DNA of 63,765 nt, counting the filler, from Octopus bimaculoides (lineage: Eukaryota): assembly GCF_001194135.2 (NCBI RefSeq). It is 7 parts of 7 records of this genome, joined end to end, with 100 filler letters (N's around TTAATTAATTAA, not from the genome) between each part and the next. Parts side by side here need not be neighbours in the genome. Positions count along the whole stretch, not along the records: positions 29,236 to 52,335 come from NC_068982.1; 6 more parts are not named here. The stretch is one strand, 5' to 3'. This document shows, one piece after another, positions 33,561 to 48,391 of this stretch (position 1 is the first letter of the stretch; each line of letters opens with the position of its first letter). The translations under genes were made by a program, and so were the position numbers. The notes beneath the pieces are model-generated. The model searched no databases and was not told the origin of the DNA. It saw only the letters and a list, made by a program, of their open reading frames with translations.

Positions 33561-36500
33561 CCTTTCAGTATATATGAGCATGTTTCGACATGCAAGTATA
33601 TTCATGAGAATACATGCATAAAGCGAAACATACAAATCTGCATATACACATACAAAAATACTCTGTTGATGTTATTGAAATCCAATTAAGTTGCCTTGGA
33701 TGTTGGTTAAAAAACTGCTCTTTCTCTATTGGCAAGAAATTTTGAAATAAAACCGAATAATGAGAAACATAGACATACATACATACACACACACACACAC
33801 ACTCNNNNNNNNNNNNNNNNNNNNNNNNNNNNNNNNNNNNNNNNNNNNNNNNNNNNNNNNNNNNNNNNNNNNNNNNNNNNNNNNNNNNNNNNNNNNNNNN
33901 NTTCTATAAAACTCCCATCCAGAATTTATATTGAAAGTGTTTATGTTGTAAAAATCTACATTTATTTGAAGGCCATTAAAACGCACGAGTGCATATGACG
34001 TACCCTAGCCAATGCTATACTTTTGTAAAATAAATTACCACTAAAATAATGTTTTAATTCCTCCACTTACCTGTATAACTTTATGTTATTACCGGTACTT
34101 ATAAGCAATTTCCTTGATCCACATTCGATATAAACATGCCGTAGGTTATTGTTCACCAATAGATGAGAGCGCACGTTTTGTAAACGTACATAGCATTCTG
34201 GGCGAGTTTTGAGCCTACTTTGTGTGTTTTGGACGCCCGGGGAGGTTAAAGCCATTTTTGGGCAAAGAAAAGTTGCGTCTTAGAGAACATCAAATACGGT
34301 ATGTAGCTACTTGTCAAAAAGTCTAATAATACAAGTTAGCGGTCTGTATTATGTATTCAGTAAATTATGTGAAGTTCCTAGTGGTGTGAGGATTCTTAGC
34401 TTGTGTATGCTTGTATTTTATTTTTGTATAGATAGGGATATTCCACTCAGCCTAGAAAGACGATGCTCCTCATATATTACAGGACTTTTAAAAGAGGGAA
34501 GGCGCAGTGTATCCTTCGGCTTAAGAATGTTTATGGAAGTTTGGAATAAAGAAGACGCTGAAATAATCACACAAGAACAAGGTGGTAATGTTATTCCGGG
34601 CGCCGAATTAACTCTAGCATCTGCGCTCGAGACTCTTGTTTAGTTATCAACCACTGATAGGCAAAAATCAGAATGGCCCTCAACGTGATTTGAAATTGCA
34701 CGGGCAAAAGAAGCAAGGTCTCTCGTAGGAAGCCGACGAAATGAGCCTGTTCTCCAGCCTGAATATTTATAGGCACTGCTGTTAGTTAAGTAGCTGATAT
34801 GTCCTTCTGTTCGTTTCGTAAGTGTAATTGTTCCAGCCTCTATTTCAACTTATTACGTTTTATTACCTTACAAACATTTTTGCTCTGGTGGTTTATGGAA
34901 TTGCTTAAATAAATAAATAAATAAATAAATAAGTGAATGAATAACAATTGGTTTATATTAACATGTTTACGTTTTTCCAATAACTTTTCTGTATTTGTAT
35001 TTTTTCTGAGCTGATTAAATGCGGGTAGCAGGAATTGAAGAATGGCATTGCCACTTTAATTAGAAAAGTACACTATATATATATTTAAATTGCAATCTAT
35101 GTTTCATGCAATAGATATGAACCGTACAATGTTGGAGTATGCTATCATGAATTAATTTTTTCAGGTGTAACGAGATATGCGAGACTTGATAATTTAAAAT
35201 AAACACTGGGATGCTAGATTTGCGATAGGTAGTTTAAAATATTATAACTCAGTGAAAATATCACAAAGTTTGCAGACGTAGGTTGAAATATTTCACTACA
35301 AAGATTGTTTTTACTCCCAAGAAGTTTTGTTGTAAAGTGAAAGAAGTCTATAAGGCTTCAAATTTCTGCATTTTTTGTTTTCGTAGAATTTTGTTATTTT
35401 GCAGGCCTATTTTTGTCTTTCGTGGCCTTGTTTTTAGTACTTGATATTTGAAATACATTTAAATTGTGTTGTTATATAGCTACATTACTTGAAACTGTCT
35501 TTATGACGTGTGGTTCAACTGTCACTATAAGTGTTCCTGATGCTGTTAGTTAATTCTTAATTTTTTTATATTAGTCTCTGGCAAATCTATTGTCTTTCTA
35601 CAATAAATACATGTACTTAAGAACAATTCAGTATAGAGTGACAATGTGTGTGATGACTGGAGAGTGCGGTAGCCAAAGTGTTGCTTTTACATGTGAAACT
35701 TTTCTTTTCTGTTCATATGAATACGTATGTATATTTTTTGGCATGAGTCTGTGTTCGTGTGAGGTGCTTTTTCTACATGTAATTGTATATTTATGTGTTT
35801 TTGCGTGTGTGTGTGTGTGCGTGTGTGTTCTTCTCTCTTATAAGTAGCTGCTTATTTGACCATAGCTAAATCGCGATGAAGCTCGTTTAATAAAATGGAA
35901 ATGGAAACGGAAATAAGGAAATTAAATTTTATAATTATTTAATCCAGATATTTGTAATCGACGATTGACATATTTCCGTAGAATTTGTCTATAAGTTTGC
36001 ATTGACAAAATATTGAAAAAAGAAATATAAAAAACACGCACGGAACGATTTATATTTAAACTATCCATTTTAGGAGTCATTTAAATGTTTTTCATAGCGA
36101 AACTATAAGCTTTGTTGCATGAACTGTTTTGTTTTCATACAAAACAAGCATCGCTGGCCGAAGTAGTATTCTACTGCCAGTGTTGTTTACGAGATTGCAA
36201 ACGAGATATTATCAGGGATATACATATGACTAGTACGCAGTAAACGCATGAAATAACACTATGAAGTAATAAGCAGCATCTAAACTGAAAATTGACATAC
36301 ATAGTATACATAGTATAGATAAGTTTTATAATGTATAAAGGCTATGTTAAAAGCGAAACATTTCGGCGTTAACTAATTTCTTGCTAAAATTGTTGCCGTA
36401 AATGTGGTTGCTGAATCTTTATTTGTACTTTAGATTAACAAGACTGCAAACAGGCTTCATTACGATTTTCTGATGAAAGAAGTGCTTTAATTAAACATTC

Positions 36501-36608
36501 TGGCTTCAGAATTTCGGAGAATGTAGTTAGATAAAAGAAATTATCATCATGGACCTAGGTTATACATTATATATACAAATATGTATATGAATACTCGCAC
36601 GCACATAA

Positions 36609-36667
<59 letters not shown>

Positions 36668-37669
36668 AATATATTGGAGCCATTCTAGTTTACACTGTGC
36701 ATAACAATATTCAGTGTGATATTTGCTATCACTAGTGTAATTGATTACATTGTACTTTGTGTATAACAGCTGTTTTAAATTTCTCCTAAATATGCCTGTG
36801 TTTTCTTCATCAATAACACTAATACAATTACCACCCAATGCTTGATATATCAGAATGTTTCTATTGAAAATAACTACTTATACACAAAGAACTACTTTGC
36901 AGTCTTAGTATCAAGTATAGTATATTCTTTTCATTCATCACTCTTGAAAAGATATGACACAGCAATTTTCCTTGTAAACTTTTAGCACAAAATAACGTCC
37001 ATTATTCCAGAAACAAAAACAGAGAATTGCGGGAAGTCACCATACATTGTGTTGTAAGTCTGTCCACCAAATATACAATAAAGAAGATGTCTGTCTCCTC
37101 TAGTTTCTTTTATAGATGTTGTATTCATTGTTATATTTTCCATTTTATTTGCACAAAATAAGACGGCACGCATTTTGTGCTACAAGACAGGCTAATAAAT
37201 TAATGCTCAAGACAGAGAAGTATTTTGTCTGCGTTCTATGTTTGCTCTTCCTCAGTTAAATGTTCTATGTAAATTTCATTTACATAGGATCTTAAAAAAT
37301 TTCAGAAAATATTAGCAGAGACATACATAATTTTCAGAATGAAATATTGTGAAGAAATCCTACATAGAATCAATAATAAGTGTTCAAAGGATTAGGTATA
37401 TAAGATTTTAAGTAAATAATTCATCATAAACAATGTATGTATGTATGTATGTATGTATGTATGTATGTAGGTATGCATGTATGTATCACTTATGTACTCC
37501 GAGACTAATGACCTGATATAGAACTCAATATACTTATATTTCAGAACGAAATAAATTGAACTTCATAACACAGGCTGCGATGAAGCTATAAAGCGTTATT
37601 CAAACTCCCAACTACGAGTCCACAGCACCCTATAGCAGAAACAACTGTAAGCTAATTAANNNNNNNNNN

Positions 37670-37702
<33 letters not shown>

Positions 37703-40700
37703 ATGTATATTCTAAAAAAATATAAAATATAGCAAACTGTCATGAAATGTGAGATCGTAGCGAATATTAAAAGTTAAAATGACAGGTTTACCAAAAATAT
37801 GATATATAATTGTATAAATAATTGACTCAGTCCTAACAGCCAATACTACTCGTATCAGACATAGTCCAACAATAAGGCATATACATGATATTGTGATTAC
37901 AGTTCAGAAACTAAAAATTCTCCTGCTTCATTACATGTTGGGAATAATCTTAAAATTTCTGTGAAACAAAATAACAAAAAAGAAAGCTCACCCGATATTT
38001 AAGCAGAAGGGGAAATGCTTCATTAATGGAATCGACTCAATATAAGACTGAAATTTTATAGATACACCCAGAGAGATAAAGCAAATGCATAGTACAACTT
38101 GAAAATAAAATAAGCGAATTAACATAAACTGCATTATATATGTATTCTATTGGTGAACTACATAGAAATTAACCTGACAACAGTGTTGCTAAACATAAAA
38201 TTATAGATTAAAATTTGGATGTTACTCAAATTTGAATGCTATTAAAATTTACAGTATGCCACACTCACCAACTACGTTGACGGCATAGAAGTATCTCAGG
38301 TGATCAATGACGATGATGGCAGCTCAAAACCACCGAAAATATGAACACAATATAGAAACAGTGTGAATGAAATGAATTTCATTTCTAAACAGAAAAATTT
38401 CAAGCTCTCCACTATCAGCCCACAATCGAGATGCAGTTAGAATATATTGGACGGCTATGAATGCAATCTTGAACTCAAGATCGGTGCGTGGTTTGCGAAT
38501 CCACATGAGGAATGATGCATCATTCTGTGTGCATATTACTAAGATAACACTAGGGTGCAGGCGATTGGCTGGTTGAATTATGAGATCAGTCAAAGCAAGA
38601 AGATGATGTTGGTCACGCGGAGAACCTTTCGTACAGTCGACTGGAAGACCGCATCCATTTAGAGTCATTATACAGTTTCAAATTAACGGCGAAGCACAAC
38701 AATCCAACGAGAAAACCCTGAAACACGGTAGTAGGTGAGGCTATAAGAACTGAGACTCTACTTCTAGAGCGAAGGTAGGAAAGATATGCTGTTAGGTGTA
38801 TAATAGAAATATTGCCTCTGGTACTGAAAGGTATAATAACCACAGAAGTTCCAATATTGAAAGATTCACACATGTTCAATAACTAATCAAAATATGTCGG
38901 TGATTTGCGTGAAGTTAATACGGTTATGTTCAAAGATGACTTATACTAGCTATTCTCTGTGATGTCAAGTGTAAACAAAGCACAGAAAGCAACGCAAATA
39001 AGGGCAATTTTGTTCAGCTGTCTTATTCACTAGAACTAAAAGCGAATAGAAATCAGAGGAAGGGAAATAAAGTAAACTAAGAATCATTCCAATGACGGAG
39101 ATTCGTTGTACTGCAGTATCTGCGTGAAACAAGTAAAATTAAAGCTGAAGTAAATTCAGTGAGTGCATAATTTCGATAGAATTAGATATGATTATGTAGT
39201 ATACATATTTCGTATATATATATATATAGCTAGAGAGCTAGACAAATAGATAGAAGATAGATAGAGAGATAAATGGACGGATAGACGAACGGACAGACAG
39301 ACAGACAGACAGATAAACAGACAGACAGATACACAGACAGACAGACAGAGACAGACAGAAAGATATGTATATATATATATATATANNNNNNNNNNNNNNN
39401 NNNNNNNNNNNNNNNNNNNNNNNNNNNNNNNNNNNNNNNNNNNNNNNNNNNNNNNNNNNNNNNNNNNNNNNNNNNNNNNNNNNNNNNNNNNNNNNNNNNN
39501 NNNNNNNNNNNNNNNNNNNNNNNNNNNNNNNNNNNNNNNNNNNNNNNNNNNNNNNNNNNNNNNNNNNNNNNNNNNNNNNNNNNNNNNNNNNNNNNNNNNN
39601 NNNNNNNNNNNNNNNNNNNNNNNNNNNNNNNNNNNNNNNNNNNNNNNNNNNNNNNNNNNNNNNNNNNNNNNNNNNNNNNNNNNNNNNNNNNNNNNNNNNN
39701 NNNNNNNNNNNNNNNNNNNNNNNNNNNNNNNNNNNNNNNNNNNNNNNNNNNNNNNNNNNNNNNNNNNNNNNNNNNNNNNNNNNNNNNNNNNNNNNNNNNN
39801 NNNNNNNNNNNNNNNNNNNNNNNNNNNNNNNNNNNNNNNNNNNNNNNNNNNNNNNNNNNNNNNNNNNNNNNNNNNNNNNNNNNNNNNNNNNNNNNNNNNN
39901 NNNNNNNNNNNNNNNNNNNNNNNNNNNNNNNNNNNNNNNNNNNNNNNNNNNNNNNNNNNNNNNNNNNNNNNNNNNNNNNNNNNNNNNNNNNNNNNNNNNN
40001 NNNNNNNNNNNNNNNNNNNNNNNNNNNNNNNNNNNNNNNNNNNNNNNNNNNNNNNNNNNNNNNNNNNNNNNNNNNNNNNNNNNNNNNNNNNNNNNNNNNN
40101 NNNNNNNNNNNNNNNNNNNNNNNNNNNNNNNNNNNNNNNNNNNNNNNNNNNNNNNNNNNNNNNNNNNNNNNNNNNNNNNNNNNNNNNNNNNNNNNNNNNN
40201 NNNNNNNNNNNNNNNNNNNNNNNNNNNNNNNNNNNNNNNNNNNNNNNNNNNNNNNNNNNNNNNNNNNNNNNNNNCCGCATTCGATGGGTTTTTTCTCTAA
40301 TATCCCGTCTTTGGTTGAATGCTAAAGGTTTATTATTATGTACTCAGAAAATATTGTGAGCTCACTAAAGGTAGTTCATGAAATAAAATTTTAAAAAAAC
40401 CATAATTCTTGAACAATGGGAAACAGCTTCTTTGGCTGAAACCAAAAATATTAGATCATGGAATCCAATGCGTACTATAACCAATGTGAGAAATATTTAT
40501 ACTCATAACAGATACAACGCGCATTATTTTCTGTTATTATTTTGTTTTGGGGGAAAATAATGGTTTTCGCATTTTTTACCCTTACACATTGTAACTATTT
40601 CTTCCCTGTTGATATTGTATTTCGATTTTTGTATAATAAGCACTACATCTTCAATTTTCTTCCATGCAATTTTTTTTCCAAAACAACAGTTGCCAATGCA

Positions 40701-41097
40701 ACACTACGTATTCACATTATTTAAATGGCCATTTTCTATCCAACAGTGTTAAATATAGTTACCAAAAATAATTATTACTTACCCATTTGAAAAAAAAAAA
40801 ATCATTATTTTTTTCTCTTTCAATATTTTCATCGACTCTTACCATGCAGTATAAACGAGTCTAAATTTTAAATAACTGTGTTACGGATAGAATTATATAC
40901 ATCAAGGGATAACAAAAATGCCTCTCTACATTCCAGATTAGATATTATGGATTGTTTCGCAGTGACTATTGCTTAAAAAGGCATAAACAATAATATACAA
41001 AATAGATAGTTATATTACAACAATAAGTAGACATTTACATATTTGGTGCTTCTGATATCAATCAATCCATCAATCTATCTATCTATTTATCTACCTT

Positions 41098-41142
<45 letters not shown>

Positions 41143-41839
41143 TTGTTTGTCTGTCTGTCTGTCTGTCTGCCTATCTGTATGTCTGTATACCTGACTGACA
41201 TGACAGTCTGCCTGTATATATATATATATATGCGTGTATGTATGTATGCATGCATATCTATAAATATATGTATGTGCGTGTGTGTGTATTTACATACATA
41301 CATACATGCATACTATTTACTCTCTTNNNNNNNNNNNNNNNNNNNNNNNNNNNNNNNNNNNNNNNNNNNNNNNNNNNNNNNNNNNNNNNNNNNNNNNNNN
41401 NNNNNNNNNNNNNNNNNNNNNNNNNNNNNNNNNNNNNNNNNNNNNNNNNNNNNNNNNNNNNNNNNNNNNNNNNNNNNNNNNNNNNNNNNNNNNNNNNNNN
41501 NNNNNNNNNNNNNNNNNNNNNNNNNNNNNNNNNNNNNNNNNNNNNNNNNNNNNNNNNNNNNNNNNNNNNNNNNNNNNNNNNNNNNNNNNNNNNNNNNNNN
41601 NNNNNNNNNNNNNNNNNNNNNNNNNNNNNNNNNNNNNNNNNNNNNNNNNNNNNNNNNNNNNNNNNNNNNNNNNNNNNNNNNNNNNNNNNNNNNNNNNNNN
41701 NNNNNNNNNNNNNNNNNNNNNNNNNNNNNNNNNNNNNNNNNNNNNNNNNNNNNNNNNNNNTATATATACAAATATACGACGGGCTTCTTTCAGTTTCCGT
41801 CTACCAAATCCACCCACAAGACATACATACATTGAGGCT

Positions 41840-42420
41840 TAACATCAATCCAAAATGCCTTTGAAATTTGCATCATATCCCTTCGGCAACATCTTTTAAC
41901 CACCAAATGTCCAAGTGCATCCCTTGACCAAGTTTGCATACATGAGGCTGATAACATCATAAGACTTGGAAAGCAGCTCCTTGAGTAACACTCTTTGTCT
42001 GATAACCTAGAATACAAAGACGTCCCATGACTCTGCCGCAGTGTATCATCAGATGAAAGGATAAGACTATATGAGCAGAAGACTATGCATAGATATGTTA
42101 GTAGAAAGTTCCGTGATGATAGTAACACCGATCATCAAAGCAGATTTTCATGGACCAATAGCCAGGCTACTACATCCCACTTTGAAGGGTATGCGTTTGC
42201 AATCCAGGAACAAGAAATATCAAACAAGTACCTGATGTACAAAGAGGATAGATGTGCAGGAAAGCAGTAAAATTTGACAACCAATGCAGACTATGTGGAG
42301 TTCACGCTCATGATATCAACCACATCATAAGCAGTTATCTGAAAATATCATCACGGAACTATCTACCGATGTGTAGCTAGGGTAGTGTATAATGAGATCT
42401 GTCGGAAGGATCATCCCTAG
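41840..42420 (+). mobile_element. Second decayed copy of the same RLE-type family
   Basis: SHFEGYAFAIQEQEISNKYL..NQCRLCGVHAHDINHIISS; clear nucleotide similarity to 32890-33050. Confidence 0.65.
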
Positions 42421-45400
42421 GACACATACGTATATAGCTAATTGTCTTCACCATATCTACGTATGTGTGCACGTAACAGTAGTTTCACTTTTATCGATCA
42501 CAGACAGTTAACATTTCACTTTTCACAGTGTAACGGATTTCTTTTACAATACAGGAATATATTCTCAACGTTTCAATATAAAATATATTAAATGGCGTAC
42601 ACTAGCATTTCTATTATTATATATGGAATGCATTTGTAAAGCTTGTGTGCATTTACAAAGCAAATTAGACTATGATGCCAGAGTGATATTTTGTACATGA
42701 GAATCTTTCACCCTCAACGCGCACCATCGAGCTCCACGTATTCCTGCATATATTGCAACATTTTCCCCTGCAACGTAACTCCAAGTTCAATGTTTATATT
42801 TTAACCATTTCTGTCTCAGTCTTACTGATCGGACACACTGTTTTTATGAGAGACCATTTTAATGCGCTATATAAATCCATAACCGCTTCACATTTGCGTG
42901 ATCGTTTCCATGAATATCTGCTTTATTTCCCAATAACATTCCTCGCATTCTGAAACAAATGATTTACCACAAAGCTTCTTGAGTAACTGCCTATTTAGTT
43001 CACACTACCTTGTGTTTTCCCCTCTTTATGCTCAGAAAGCAAGCTGCCAATTCGAATAACAACCGTTCATTTTCTTATCAGATAGTTCAAAGTCCACTGG
43101 TATACGTACTCGATATAATGTAGCTTTATTTTAGACACTTCTGCAATACAATTCAGCAATTAAAAAATAATACATTTTTAGTACATAATAATATTCATAT
43201 TAATACGAGACAGCGATTTCTGTATTTTTATCTCACACCTCATCTCTTACATCTTAGATTCACTATCGTGATTTTAGTGCATGTGTAACTGTTGATTATG
43301 TTTTCGCGTCGTTGAATAAGATACATACACACAGTGCTTCCTTTGAATCCTATCATAGCTAAAAATACAATTCTGAGTTACAGTACATCGCAATCTGCTC
43401 TCATCGGTTTCGAACCCTAAACTATTCACATCATTCCCATACATCATGTCCCTAGCGTTTAGCCATTGACCGGCATGTACTTGGCCACTCTATTACATAT
43501 CCTGTGTCGAAAACGCCAGCCATCTTTATACCTCTCTGAAACAGAATTTATTGTCCCTTTCACCTATAGCTCCATCTATTTACACCTTTCATACACTTGG
43601 ATTTTAATAATGATGTTGTAACTGATTCTTTTGTTGAAAGTAAAAATACATTTGCGAACAATAACTTACATTCAATAAATTGGGATATTATAAATATATA
43701 ATCCGATGTTATATCCACGTTATACCTATCTAATGCATAAGAAATACTGTGTTCATATTATTACCATATACTGCAAATATTTGCAACACAGGCACCTACC
43801 CTTGTCTCTTTGGGCATAGGCATTTAAATATGGTCCCTGATAATTGACATTCAATCCCGTTAAAATTGTTTAGTCAGTTGTACTCTGAGATGCGAAACAG
43901 TACACTTTATATGGGACATGTTTATACTAGATAACTGAAAATATTATCAAGATATTTCTTAAAATTACTATGAATGGAAATGCAAATAGTCGTGTTATAC
44001 TGTGTCGTGTTATTTATTTCCTTAGTGTCAACAATACTTTATCTTATGTCTGCTTTAGTTGTTTACCTTTAACAATATATCAACAATTTCGTTACCTACG
44101 TACTTATAATACTGGTTTCAAATTTTGTCAGTCGCCTACTTATAATATGGTACGATTTATACTGTGTTATCTGGCGGGATTTTGGTTGCGTTCACAATTA
44201 CACTTGAAACAAGTAACAGCTACATCTCTAAATAATTTTGTGGTGTATGGCTACCAATTCTTCATTATAATTTGATTGGTATACCTATCTACCACTCTCC
44301 CTACCTATATGTATATCTCTATCTCTCTATCACATTTTCACGTATTTCTTTATGTATGTGTGTGTGTCTCTCTCTATGCCTGTATGCATATATACATATA
44401 TATATATACATACACAAATATATAACTACACACACACACACACACACACACTCACATGGACCCACACATAGTTATATACACAAACATATTAATTTCATCA
44501 AAACATTTGCCGTGATATACATTTATACAGCGTACATCAATATATAATTGAGCAGCCATCGACTGGTTACAGTAATATTGATCTTGCAAAATTGTTCAGA
44601 AACTCCCCCACCCACTAAAAGAAATGAAATAGGTAATCGGCGAAAAAAAACCTTTAATCTTAAAATGCTGCATATTATATCCTAATGTCCTAATGCTATC
44701 AAGCTTAGTCAAAGAAAATTCAGTGCGTATAAGAAAAGAGGCAAAAATTCTATTTTGCAACTCAGAAAATCATTTCTAAATTGCTTCCTTTCAGAAAAGT
44801 CCCTTTTTTTGCTATATGTAGTTGAAAACTCGTAACAAGCTCTAAAAATTGATATATTGCAGGATGGGAAAATGACACTAAATTGGATAGAATTTTTCTA
44901 TCAGCTGACATAGAAACATCAAACATAAAATCTAGAAAAAATTTAAACACAGATTACTTGCTAGCAGAATGTGCTGCAATTCATCGCTTTTTTTTAATTC
45001 AGATTGTTTCGTGAATGTTAGACACACGTTACTGTTAAATATCTAAAAACGCCAATGTAAGTAACACACGAAAAGCGTTATATATATTATAAATCAATGA
45101 CTAGAAAAAACTCCTTGTATAAAGTAGCCTTGATTTTTCGCCCAACTTAGTTGAACTTGATGTAGTATAAACTTTGCAATAAATATATCGAAATACATTG
45201 TTGAAAATAGTTTGCATCTTCTGGAATTAAGTTTGACTTCTTATTTTTACTTATTATAATCAGTTTAATTCATTTTTGCTTGTTTCGAGTGCTCGTTTAA
45301 AATTCCTTATCTATGGAATTTCTGAAATTTTGCTCTTCAAAATGTAAAACTCAGTCATGATGTAAATCTTATACAGTTGCATATCTTGTTTGACACTAAA

Positions 45401-48391
45401 AAGACATCGACTTGGTTTACACGACCAGGTGTCACGTTACTATAATCGGTTTTCAAGTGGCTTAATTTATTACTGCGTTTGAGATTCATTGTAATCAATA
45501 AAACGAAATGTATTTTAAAACAATATCTTTACAACGTTCTCTGACAATTCTAATATTTATATTCTATGATTGAATCAAATTTACCGAAATGAAATTTAAA
45601 TAAATGTTTATATGTGAAATTTCACAACACGAAATATTTTCTATTATCATTGTCTACTTTTCGTTACGCGTTTTAACATTAACGTGCAAATGTTAAATAT
45701 TCCAGAGATATATATGCCCTTAAAGCATTTATCATGAAGAGTCACTGTTTCAAGGAGCTAAAGCTGTGCCTTTAAACTACAATCCATCAATTGGATTTCT
45801 GCTCAGTCTCCAATCAACCAGGTTCGTTCACACGGCTTGGAGTTACGTGTCGTAATGAAAAGTCATCTTTCCAATAGAACACACGCATCGGGACCAAACG
45901 TCGTGAATGGAAGCACTTAAAAGATTCATATAATGTATTAAGGAAGCATTTATGAATTCGTCTTACTGAATTATTATTACACTAACACACGAGATGTGTG
46001 TTTCCGAAATTCTTTTCACTTGGGATTTTATATTCAAACTAACAGCGTGTATGCATCACGATAGAAAATGCAACATTATACGAAAAGCAGAGCAAGACCA
46101 TTTGTTTGAATTCCATCTGGGTCGCCATATTCACTGATTATATTTTAACCCCTCCTCGATATCTATGTGAAGAAATACATGCATTTTTAACGTTTACTGC
46201 TATTCAGCAACAGTGAATAAGATTTCAGGATAATGAAGTAGCCCACCTTATACTTCGTTCAATATTTTGCCAACTCGGTCATCTTAATTCTGTCTGTGTT
46301 CCGCTCTCATATTTTTACACAAATCTCAACAAGTTGTAATGCAAAGCCATCAGAGTTTCATTAACTAAATATTTAATAAAATATCATGAACAAAATAATT
46401 TTCACGAAGTACATATTTACCAATAATAACATATGTGTGGTCTGTTTTTTCGGAAAACCTCTCCGACATTCAATATAATTATTTGTGAGGATTTGCTTTC
46501 AAGTTTTCATTCCAACAAGCAACATAATTTTAAACAAACCAATCATTTATTATTATATTTTCATGTGAATGCTACTTCCGCATCTGTATATTATGCCTAT
46601 AGAGTGGAAACGGGATATTATTACCGTATACCTTACATAACTTTACACTTGGAATATTTCACCACTCTAACTCTCTAACCTGGGAAATGGATTTATGCCA
46701 ACCGTGCCTAAATGCTATTTGTTCTGATTCAACATTAGAAGTTGACGTCAGGATTTTGGCAAGAATTTCTAACTGCACATTGATATATAACTTATTGTAC
46801 GAAGTCTGAGTTATGATATACTTGCCAAGTATTCAATCAAGCGGCTCTGACAGAAAGGTAGATACATTTACAAACATGGCCAATTTCATATTCAAATCAT
46901 ATCTCGCCATTTCCTATTGATTAATATAATTGGTCTGGCTATGATACACCCATACTAACAAAACCGTACATAAACAGGTATAAATGCAAATGCTCATGCA
47001 TACACACATATGCAAATATATAATTACATATATACATATACAAAAACACATATATATGTATATATCATAGACATATGCAAATATGAACGCAATCACACAT
47101 AAATGTATGTTTATACGCATGTATGTGTACGCATCCGTATATATGCAGATATATGTATGTGAATCAGTTCGGTTTCAATAAACCTTATTTACATATTCCC
47201 GACAGAATAAATATTGTTCAATACAATGTTTTATTTTAGAGAAATCTGATTTTGATGACATTCCAAACTTTGGAATAATTTCATAATGCTGGAGAGGATA
47301 TTAATANNNNNNNNNNNNNNNNNNNNNNNNNNNNNNNNNNNNNNNNNNNNNNNNNNNNNNNNNNNNNNNNNNNNNNNNNNNNNNNNNNNNNNNNNNNNNN
47401 NNNNNNNNNNNNNNNNNNNNNNNNNNNNNNNNNNNNNNNNNNNNNNNNNNNNNNNNNNNNNNNNNNNNNNNNNNNNNNNNNNNNNNNNNNNNNNNNNNNN
47501 NNNNNNNNNNNNNNNNNNNNNNNNNNNNNNNNNNNNNNNNNNNNNNNNNNNNNNNNNNNNNNNNNNNNNNNNNNNNNNNNNNNNNNNNNNNNNNNNNNNN
47601 NNNNNNNNNNNNNNNNNNNNNNNNNNNNNNNNNNNNNNNNNNNNNNNNNNNNNNNNNNNNNNNNNNNNNNNNNNNNNNNNNNNNNNNNNNNNNNNNNNNN
47701 NNNNNNNNNNNNNNNNNNNNNNNNNNNNNNNNNNNNNNNNNNNNNNNNNNNNNNNNNNNNNNNNNNNNNNNNNNNNNNNNNNNNNNNNNNNNNNNNNNNN
47801 NNNNNNNNNNNNNNNNNNNNNNNNNNNNNNNNNNNNNNNNNNNNNNNNNNNNNNNNNNNNNNNNNNNNNNNNNNNNNNNNNNNNNNNNNNNNNNNNNNNN
47901 NNNNNNNNNNNNNNNNNNNNNNNNNNNNNNNNNNNNNNNNNNNNNNNNNNNNNNNNNNNNNNNNNNNNNNNNNNNNNNNNNNNNNNNNNNNNNNNNNNNN
48001 NNNNNNNNNNNNNNNNNNNNNNNNNNNNNNNNNNNNNNNNNNNNNNNNNNNNNNNNNNNNNNNNNNNNNNNNNNNNNNNNNNNNNNNNNNNNNNNNNNNN
48101 NNNNNNNNNNNNNNNNNNNNNNNNNNNNNNNNNNNNNNNNNNNNNNNNNNNNNNNNNNNNNNNNNNNNNNNNNNNNNNNNNNNNNNNNNNNNNNNNNNNN
48201 NNNACAATATTATTTCTAAATATAATGACGTTAGTGGCCGCGTGCGTAAAGACGCATAGGCAAATTTATAAATTTTATATAAGATATATAAACATATTTA
48301 TATATACTAGGGTGCTACATAAGTACCTGCTTCGCTAAAAATTGAAATCATAGAAATGAAAATACCTCTATGCCACAGAAGAATCACTAAA

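Noticed and set aside
34760-34825. TATTTATA + TTAGTT + GTAAGT as a promoter and short first exon
   Set aside because: TATA-to-initiator spacing is too short (under 20 bp), and such motifs are common in AT-rich DNA.
35648-35730. GTGATGA as a possible C/D snoRNA C box
   Set aside because: No CTGA D box or terminal stem at a suitable distance.
38290-38900. Coding-looking, balanced-GC block with two minus-strand ORFs (114 and 88 aa)
   Set aside because: No recognisable motif in any frame, frequent stops on the + strand and no convincing splice pair. Only blastx could rescue it.
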